Assembly (NCBI GenBank): GCA_963695225.1
Contig: OY968762.1
Location: forward strand, 1,120,001 to 1,184,000
Source: Vulcanimicrobiota bacterium
Lineage (GTDB): Bacteria; Vulcanimicrobiota; Vulcanimicrobiia; Vulcanimicrobiales; Vulcanimicrobiaceae
Reading direction: 5' to 3'
Length of the DNA stretch: 64,000 nt
Positions 57,553-64,000 of the stretch are shown here, piece by piece. The position numbers were made by a program, and so were the translations under genes. The notes beneath the pieces are model-generated. The model was not told the DNA's origin and searched no databases. It saw only the letters and a program-made list of their open reading frames with translations. Position 1 is the stretch's first letter. Each line of letters begins with the position of its first letter.

Positions 57553-59775
57553 ATGAAAAAGCAGCATCTTCCTCTTCCGTCTGCGGTCATAGCGACCGCA
57601 GACGGCAAGCCCGCGAGAACGGTGGAGACCGGCCACGCGGCGCCCGCTCTCGAGAGGCAGGGGCACGAGCTTGCGAGCGTGCCCTCGCTCGATCCGGCGC
57701 AGCGGACGACGGACCAGCTCTACCGCTTCCTCGTCGAGAGCGTTACCGACTATGCGATCTTCGCGGTATCGCCAAGCGGGATCGTCGTGAGTTGGAACCC
57801 CGGCGCCGAGCATGCGTTCGGATACCGGCGCGACCAGATCGTGGGCAGCAACTTCGAGGTCATCTTCACGGCGGAAGACCGCGCAGCCGGCGTTCCGAAG
57901 GGGGAACTGCGCACGGCCGAGGTCGCAGGCCGGACGGATATCGAGTGTTGGCACGTCCGAAGCGACGGAAGCCGCTTCCGTTGCGCGAACACCGTGCAGC
58001 CGTTACGCGACGCCGGCGGCAGCATCACGGGCTTCACGAAGATCGTCCGAGACATCACGGAGCGCTACCTCGCAACGGAGGCTCTGCGCGCTAGCGAGGA
58101 GCGCCTGCGCTTGATGCTCGAGAGCGTCCACGATTATGCGCTTTACTCGCTCTCCCCGCGCGGAACGGTTACGCTCTGGAACATGGGAGCAGAACGACTC
58201 TACGGCTATTCCGAAAAGGAGATGCTCGGACAGAATCATGCGAGACTCTTCACGCTCGAGGATACCGAAGCCGGGATCCCCGCGCTCGAGCTGCGCCGGG
58301 CCGCGGTGCTGGGCAATTTCGCCGACGAGCGCTGGAACGTTCGCAAGGACGGCACTCGCTTCTTCGCGAGCGGGAAGGTGACGCAGATCGATGCAGCCCC
58401 GTTGGGCGACGTCGCACGCGGTTTCGTCAAGGTTTCGCACGACATCACCGAGCGCAGGCGGCTCGAGAGCGAGCTGCGCCACGAGGCGTTCCACGATGCG
58501 CTGACGGGGCTTCCGAATCGAGGCCTCTTGCTGGAGCACCTGACGCGTTTGCTCGCGCGCACGAGGCGGCATAAGCCGGAGTCGTTCGGTCTGCTCTTTT
58601 TCGACGTCGACAACTTCAAACTTGTCAACGATACGTTCGGTCACATCCTCGCCGACCGGCTGCTGATCGAGATCGCACGCCGCATATCGGCCACGATTCG
58701 CCCGGAGGACATTCTGGCGAGACTCGGCGGAGACGAATTCGGCATCCTGATCGGCGATCTCGAAGAGACCGGCGAAGCGATTCTCGTCGCCGAGCGGATC
58801 CAGGCCGCTCTGGCCGTTCCGTTCCAGATCGAAGAGCATGAAGTCACCGCGACGGCGAGCCTCGGGATTGCAATCGGGTCCGCAGCGTACGCGCGCCCCG
58901 AGCACGTGTTACGCGATGCCGATATCGCGATGTACGAGGCGAAGGCGGCAGGGCGCGCGCGGTACGCCGTTTTCGATGCGTCGATGCGCGAGCGCGTCGT
59001 CGCGCTCCAAACGATCGAAGCGGAATTGAACCGCGCGCTCGATCGGCATGAATTTCGCGTCGCATACCAGCCGATCGTCGTGCTCGAGACCTCGAACGTC
59101 GTCGGTTTCGAGGCGCTGGTCCGCTGGCAGCACCCCACGCGCGGCTTCTTACCCGCCGCGGAGTTCGTCCCCGCCGCCGAGGCGGCCGGGCTCATCACGG
59201 CGATCGATCGCTGGGTGCTGCAGCGCGCCTGCGAGCAGGTGAGAAGCCGAAGCGCCTCGAGCGGGATCGCCCCGATCCTCAGCGTCAACCTTTCGAGCCG
59301 GGACTTCCTAGACGCGGATCTCGTAGCGCACGTGCAAGGGATCCTGCACGCGACCGGCATTCGAGCGACGGACCTGAAGTTCGAGATCACCGAAAGCGCA
59401 TTGATGGATCGCTCGACGCTCGTGACGACGCTGCTGGCGAACCTGCGTGCCCTAGGGATCGAGTTCTACATCGACGATTTCGGAACCGGCTACTCCTCGC
59501 TGAGCTATCTGCGGCACCTCCCTGTGAGCATGCTCAAGATCGACCGCTCGTTCGTGGAAACGATGACCTCCGATCCCGGGGGTGCGGAGGTCGTGCGCGC
59601 GATCGTGTCGCTCGCTCACACGCTCGAACTCAAGGTCGTCGCGGAAGGTATCGAGACGCACGCGGAACTCGATGCCCTCCGGGCGCTGGGCTGCGACTTC
59701 GGCCAAGGCTTCTATTTCTCTAAAGGCCTCGACTGGAACGAAGCGGGTGAGATGCTCGGCCGGACGCTGCCGTAA
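57553..59775 (+). CDS. PAS-PAS-GGDEF-EAL c-di-GMP protein
   Basis: Two PAS/PAC domains (SWNPGAE, DITER), HDALTGLPNR, RLGGDEF, FEALVRW, DDFGTGYSS, AEGIET. Confidence 0.93.
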   Translation: MKKQHLPLPSAVIATADGKPARTVETGHAAPALERQGHELASVPSLDPAQRTTDQLYRFLVESVTDYAIFAVSPSGIVVSWNPGAEHAFGYRRDQIVGSNFEVIFTAEDRAAGVPKGELRTAEVAGRTDIECWHVRSDGSRFRCANTVQPLRDAGGSITGFTKIVRDITERYLATEALRASEERLRLMLESVHDYALYSLSPRGTVTLWNMGAERLYGYSEKEMLGQNHARLFTLEDTEAGIPALELRRAAVLGNFADERWNVRKDGTRFFASGKVTQIDAAPLGDVARGFVKVSHDITERRRLESELRHEAFHDALTGLPNRGLLLEHLTRLLARTRRHKPESFGLLFFDVDNFKLVNDTFGHILADRLLIEIARRISATIRPEDILARLGGDEFGILIGDLEETGEAILVAERIQAALAVPFQIEEHEVTATASLGIAIGSAAYARPEHVLRDADIAMYEAKAAGRARYAVFDASMRERVVALQTIEAELNRALDRHEFRVAYQPIVVLETSNVVGFEALVRWQHPTRGFLPAAEFVPAAEAAGLITAIDRWVLQRACEQVRSRSASSGIAPILSVNLSSRDFLDADLVAHVQGILHATGIRATDLKFEITESALMDRSTLVTTLLANLRALGIEFYIDDFGTGYSSLSYLRHLPVSMLKIDRSFVETMTSDPGGAEVVRAIVSLAHTLELKVVAEGIETHAELDALRALGCDFGQGFYFSKGLDWNEAGEMLGRTLP

Positions 59776-59787
59776 GATCCGAGCGCG

Positions 59788-61314
59788 TCAGTTCGCTCCA
59801 AGCGCGTAGAGCAGCGTCTGCTCCGCGGTGCGCACGGAGTAGACGCTCGTGACTTGGTCGGTCAACGCCTGCGTCAAACCGACCTGAGCGCTGAGCAAGA
59901 GCGGCAGCGTCGTCACGCCGGCCGCGTACTGCGCCTGGGTCGCTTGCAGAACCTCCACGGCCTTCGCGTATTCAGCCTGCGCCTGATCGAGCGCGGCGCG
60001 GGCCGAAACGAGGCCGATCAGGGCTTGCTGCACGCTCAACTGCAGGTTGAGCCGCGTGGCATCCAAGGAGGCTTGCGCGTTCGCCAAGCTCGCTCGCGCC
60101 TGATCGGCGTTCGCGCTGGTCACGCCCTGATCGAAGAGCGGAATCGCGAGGACCGCCCCGAGCGAGCTCGAATTGCGGAACGTTCCGCCCCCCGCAGCGG
60201 TCGAGGTCGTGCTGCTGCTCGCGCTGCCGGAGAGCGTCGGGAAACTCCCGAGTTGCGCCGCGCGCAGCGACGCGCGGGCCGCCTTCAGCGACTGCAGGCT
60301 CGCGTCGTAGTCCGGCCGCTGCGCGAGCGCCCGCGCGATCGCCTGCGCGTAGCTCGGGATCACGACCGTCGAAGCTTGCGCGGCCTCGTCGGCGAGAGGC
60401 GCGTCGTCGATCGGCTTGACGTCCACGTTCGCCTCGAGCCCCATCGCATTCGCGAGCGCCGCATACGAGGAACGCTCCGCTCCCTGCGCCCGCACGAGCG
60501 CGACGCGCGCTTGTGCCGTCGGCAATTGCGCCGTCGCGATGTCCGTCCGCGCCGCCGCCCCCGCGCGGTACTGCGCGGTGACGAGATCCTCCTGAACCTG
60601 GTTGAGCTTCACGGTTTGAACCGCGACCTCGGTCTGGCGCTCCGCGGTCAGCGCGGCGAAATACGCCGTCGCGACGTTGTACGAGACGGTCTGGAGTTGG
60701 CGCCGGTAGAGGTCGCCGAACTGCGTCTCGTTCGCCTTCGCCGCGCGGATCGATTCCGCGACGCGTCCTCCGTCGAAGACGAGTTGGCGCAGCGTCACGC
60801 CGAGCGAATTCGTCGTCGACGGAGATGCACGCAGCACCGTCCCCGTGCCGGTATCGACGAAAGATCCGCCCTGCGAAAACGAGCGAGTCGTGCTCGCGTT
60901 TCCCGCCAGATTCGGGAGGAGGCCCGTCTGCGCCAAGCGCGCTTGGGCCCGGGCGATTCCTTCGTCGGCGCGGGCCGTCGCGAGCGCGGGGGAGCGGGCC
61001 GCAGCGATTGCGACCGCCTGCTGCAACGTGAGCCGCGCAGGCACGCCGGGCGCGGGCACGGCATCGAGCCCGGTCACGGGCGTCCCGTAGGCGGGATACT
61101 GCAGCGGCGCCGTCGACCCGGCGGGGCCGATCGTCGGAACCGGGATCGGGCTCGGGAGCGTCACGCCCTGCGGCGGGAGCGTGGGCGTTGCGACCGCCGC
61201 GGGCGGGAGCGAGGGTGTCGCGGCCGGCGCAGCCGTCGCGGCTCGAGGGAGCGCCACGAGAAGCGCGAGGGTGAATGCGGCGAGCGCGGTGCGTGCGAAT
61301 GTCGTTGCGAACAT
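59788..61314 (-). CDS. TolC family outer-membrane efflux protein
   Basis: Signal peptide, LTLQQAV..A..P, two OEP repeats (LVFDGG; IPLFDQG). Confidence 0.9.
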   Translation of the reverse strand: MFATTFARTALAAFTLALLVALPRAATAAPAATPSLPPAAVATPTLPPQGVTLPSPIPVPTIGPAGSTAPLQYPAYGTPVTGLDAVPAPGVPARLTLQQAVAIAAARSPALATARADEGIARAQARLAQTGLLPNLAGNASTTRSFSQGGSFVDTGTGTVLRASPSTTNSLGVTLRQLVFDGGRVAESIRAAKANETQFGDLYRRQLQTVSYNVATAYFAALTAERQTEVAVQTVKLNQVQEDLVTAQYRAGAAARTDIATAQLPTAQARVALVRAQGAERSSYAALANAMGLEANVDVKPIDDAPLADEAAQASTVVIPSYAQAIARALAQRPDYDASLQSLKAARASLRAAQLGSFPTLSGSASSSTTSTAAGGGTFRNSSSLGAVLAIPLFDQGVTSANADQARASLANAQASLDATRLNLQLSVQQALIGLVSARAALDQAQAEYAKAVEVLQATQAQYAAGVTTLPLLLSAQVGLTQALTDQVTSVYSVRTAEQTLLYALGAN

Positions 61315-61320
61315 CGCGGG

Positions 61321-62709
61321 CTACTTCTTAGCCGCGGGAGTGGCTGAGCCGCTCGGCTTTTGCCCCGCGGGCGCGCCCGGTGGAGCGCCGCCGGGCCCCG
61401 CTCCGGCGACGGCCACGACGCTGCCGTCCTGTAGCGAATCCGGACGCGTCGTGATCACGACCGTCCCGGGCCGGACCTTTCCGCCGAGGATCTCGGATAG
61501 GCTATCGGTCTGCAAGCCGACTTGAATCGGGATCGCTTTCGCTTTGCCGTCCTCGACCGTGAAAACGTTCGCGCCGCTTTCGCTCTGGAAGATCGCGGAG
61601 CGCGGCACGACGATCGCCGCGCGATGCGCTTCCTTGCGCACGTTGACCGTCACGAGCATCCCGCCGCGCAAGAGTCCGTCGGGGTTCTCCCGGCGGACGC
61701 GCGCGCGATACGAGAGCGTCCCTTGCGTCGGCGTCGCGTTCACGTCGGAGATCGCCGCCGAAAACGTCTTGCCGGGGATCGACGCGGTCGTGAACGTCAC
61801 CGGCGTCCCGGAGTGAACGTACGGGAGATCCTCGTCCGGAACGTTCGCGTTCACGTAGACCGACGAGATCTGCGAGACTTTCACGACGGGCGCATTCGGG
61901 CTCGCGAGCGCGCCCGGGTCGAGGAAACGTTGCGTCACCACGCCGTCGAACGGCGCGTAGATCGAAGTCTGATCGATCTGCGTGCGGAGCAGCGCCACGC
62001 TCGCTTGGGCCTGCTGCAGCGCGCCTTTGTTCGCCGCGATCGTCTGCTTGTCGACTTGCGTCTGCCCGAGGTTCGCCTTCGCGCTGGCGAGCGCGGCTTG
62101 CGCCGCTTGCAAACCCGAGCGCGCGTTGTTCACCTCTTGCTGCGCCGCGACGTAAGCCGCTTGGGATTGCGTCAACGCCGTCTGAGAAACGTAGCCCTGC
62201 GCGAACAGCTGCTGGTTCTGCGCGTTGACGAGTTGCGCGCTCTTGAGCGAGGCTTCGGCCGTCGCGACGCGATTGCGCGCCCCGTCGAGCCCCTGCTGCG
62301 CGCTCGCGAGCGACGACGCGTACTGTTGCGATTGGATCGGCTGCGAAATCGTCGAGCTGACGAGCCGCGCGCGCGCCTGCTCGAGGAGGCCTTCGTTCTG
62401 CGCGAGTTCCGCGCGCAACGTCGAATCGTCAAGCTTCGCGAGGAGCTGCCCCTTCTCCACGTGCTGCCCTTCGGTCACGTAGATCGCCGCAAGCGTCCCG
62501 GATTGGGTCGAGTTCAGCGTCGATTCCTGCAGCGGCGCGATCTGGCCGTCGAGCGCAAGGTACGTGGCGATGTCCTGCTGCGTCGCCTTGCCGACGTCCA
62601 CCGCTAGCGGCGGCGGCCCCGCGGGCCCCTTGGCGGCGGGCTTTCCGCAGCCGCCCAGCGCGAGGACGAATGCGGACCCGAGGAGCAGCGCACGCGTGCG
62701 AACGGTCAT
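61321..62709 (-). CDS. RND/MacA-type periplasmic adaptor lipoprotein
   Basis: Lipobox LGGC; VTEGQHVEKGQLLAKLD, coiled coil, IYAPFDGVV. Confidence 0.9.
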   Translation of the reverse strand: MTVRTRALLLGSAFVLALGGCGKPAAKGPAGPPPLAVDVGKATQQDIATYLALDGQIAPLQESTLNSTQSGTLAAIYVTEGQHVEKGQLLAKLDDSTLRAELAQNEGLLEQARARLVSSTISQPIQSQQYASSLASAQQGLDGARNRVATAEASLKSAQLVNAQNQQLFAQGYVSQTALTQSQAAYVAAQQEVNNARSGLQAAQAALASAKANLGQTQVDKQTIAANKGALQQAQASVALLRTQIDQTSIYAPFDGVVTQRFLDPGALASPNAPVVKVSQISSVYVNANVPDEDLPYVHSGTPVTFTTASIPGKTFSAAISDVNATPTQGTLSYRARVRRENPDGLLRGGMLVTVNVRKEAHRAAIVVPRSAIFQSESGANVFTVEDGKAKAIPIQVGLQTDSLSEILGGKVRPGTVVITTRPDSLQDGSVVAVAGAGPGGAPPGAPAGQKPSGSATPAAKK

Positions 62710-62849
62710 GGTTCTCCTTGATCGACAGGTCGGGGAGCTCGAACGATTCCACCCCTAGTACACACAAAACGCACCTTTTGATTCATCCGTCGCAGTTGCG
62801 GTGCGCCCGGCAGCGGGAGCAACGCCTTCGCCGGAGTAACACTCGCTTC

Positions 62850-63248
62850 ATGGGAGCCAAGGTCGAGGTCGGTCGGACGTACCGGAGTCAGACCCGGGTC
62901 GAAGAGTGGATGACGGCCCACAAGGCCGGCAATACGGGGGTCGACGTCCTTTCGACACCGATGCTGCTCCAACTGGTCGAAGACGCCGCCGTGCAATGCA
63001 TCGCCCCGATGCTCGCCCCGGGCGAAGTCTCGCTCGCGGCGCACGTGGACCTGCGGCATCTGGCCCCGACTCCCGTCGGCTTCATCGTGCGGACGGAAGT
63101 TCAAATCACGGCGATCAACGGGCGGTGGATCCAATTTGCCGTCACGGCTTTCGACGAACGGGAAAAGATCGCAGAGGGGACGCACGAGCGCTACGTCATC
63201 GAGCTGACGAAGTTCCGCGCCGTGCTCGAGGACAAGCATCAGATCTGA
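62850..63248 (+). CDS. Hot-dog thioesterase, fluoroacetyl-CoA thioesterase (FlK)-like
   Basis: VLSTPMLLQLVE..HLAPTPVG..EGTHERYVI. Confidence 0.85.
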   Translation: MGAKVEVGRTYRSQTRVEEWMTAHKAGNTGVDVLSTPMLLQLVEDAAVQCIAPMLAPGEVSLAAHVDLRHLAPTPVGFIVRTEVQITAINGRWIQFAVTAFDEREKIAEGTHERYVIELTKFRAVLEDKHQI

Positions 63249-63352
63249 GCGCGACCCGTCCGGCGGCCTTTCGCGCACTCGCGAGCGCAGCGCTCGGATC
63301 GGCCGCCCCGCCTCGGCGGGCCGAGCAATTTTGACTTTTCACGGTTCCGGCC

Positions 63353-63379
63353 GGAACCAACCCCTCGCCACGTGTCGTT
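63353..63379 (+). promoter_or_regulatory. Putative ECF sigma promoter
   Basis: GGAACC-n17-CGTT. Confidence 0.45.
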
Positions 63380-63500
63380 ATAAGCCGAAGATGAGATACG
63401 TTATCTCTCACGGGAGACTACCTGGGCAGCCTCATGGGTATACCGAGAGAGAAGGAAGCGTCCGGCTTTCTCCCGTCTCTGAATTGAGTGGAGGACAGAT

Positions 63501-64000
63501 TTGAAAGCAATCAGCACCGGCGTGCTTGCGGCATTCGCCGCCGGCCTCGGGCTGTCGGCGATCGCGAGCACGGCCGTCTCGAGCGCAGCGCAAGGCAACA
63601 CTGGACCCTACGCGTCTGCTCCCAAGATGGTCGAGATCAAGATCGTCGCACAAGCCTCATTGCCACCAGCCGACTTCGGTACACCGCCTTCGGGCGAAGT
63701 GCCGATCCTGTACAACGACCACCACGTCTACGCGAAGCCGAGCCGCCTGAAACAAGATCGGACGCTCGGCGCTCTGGTCCGCGGCAACACGATCCTCGTT
63801 CCGCTCCGCTCGATGTTCGAGCAGATGGGCGCGACGGTTTCGTACGATCCGGCGACCAAGACGGTCGACGTGTCGAAGCCCGGCTCCGACGTCAAAGTGA
63901 CGGTCGGCAAGCCCGAGGTGATCATCAACGGTGAGAGCCGCCCGCTCGACGTTCCGCCCGAGATCTACAAGGGCGCCGTCGTCGTTCCGGTTCGCGTCAT
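63501..64000 (+). CDS. Secreted protein with copper-amine-oxidase N-terminal (stalk) domain, 3'-truncated; not in ORF track
   Basis: GGAGG RBS, TTG start, MKAISTGVLAAFAAGLGLSA signal peptide; ILVPLRSMFEQMGATVSYD..VIING..LDVPPEIYKG; open to the window end. Confidence 0.85.
   Translation, partial: MKAISTGVLAAFAAGLGLSAIASTAVSSAAQGNTGPYASAPKMVEIKIVAQASLPPADFGTPPSGEVPILYNDHHVYAKPSRLKQDRTLGALVRGNTILVPLRSMFEQMGATVSYDPATKTVDVSKPGSDVKVTVGKPEVIINGESRPLDVPPEIYKGAVVVPVRV

Noticed and set aside
63405..63480. Glycine riboswitch
   Set aside because: GGGAGA is present, but CCGAAG and CTCTCAGG are missing and the downstream gene does not fit; kept only as an unknown leader.
1..64000. CRISPR array, integrase, transposase, reverse transcriptase or prophage
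   Set aside because: No regularly spaced repeats and no ORF with such motifs were seen.

Overview
High-GC bacterial chromosome segment (GC not computed). Several features suggest Ca. Eremiobacterota (Vulcanimicrobiia), which is an inference: a Firmicutes-like miaB-mutS-mutL-miaA-hfq order, a TolC, paralogous family-5 solute-binding proteins and a stalk-domain surface protein. Positions 1-16.9 kb lie downstream of the tmRNA 3' end and look accessory. They hold the 3' part of an AioA-like molybdoenzyme, ArsR, DUF3141, GNAT, a CrtD-like desaturase, glutamate decarboxylase, a SLOG + 4TM (SLATT-like) protein, a lipoprotein, a TIR-cyclase-STAND-TPR protein and a PiT transporter. Positions 17-47 kb are mostly housekeeping (ssrA, surE, uvrC, tRNA-Pro, trkA x2, ppk2, dapF, hfq, miaA, mutL, bfr, mutS, miaB, der, plsY, efp, pheA). 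Positions 47-64 kb hold envelope, transport and signalling genes. The best candidate for an undescribed system is the SLOG-SLATT effector near a TIR/degenerate-cyclase/STAND sensor, which suggests Thoeris-like or NLR-like logic. Other notable signals: a tmRNA with a 6-bp T-stem and GGCAGUU T-loop, a REP-like repeat that supplies the stop codons of three genes, a 151-nt Y-shaped palindromic element, matching OmpR-type boxes at both ends of an inserted two-component cassette, and uvrC/dedA lacking canonical starts. I saw no CRISPR array, integrase or transposase. All assignments come from motif recognition by eye; no searches were run.
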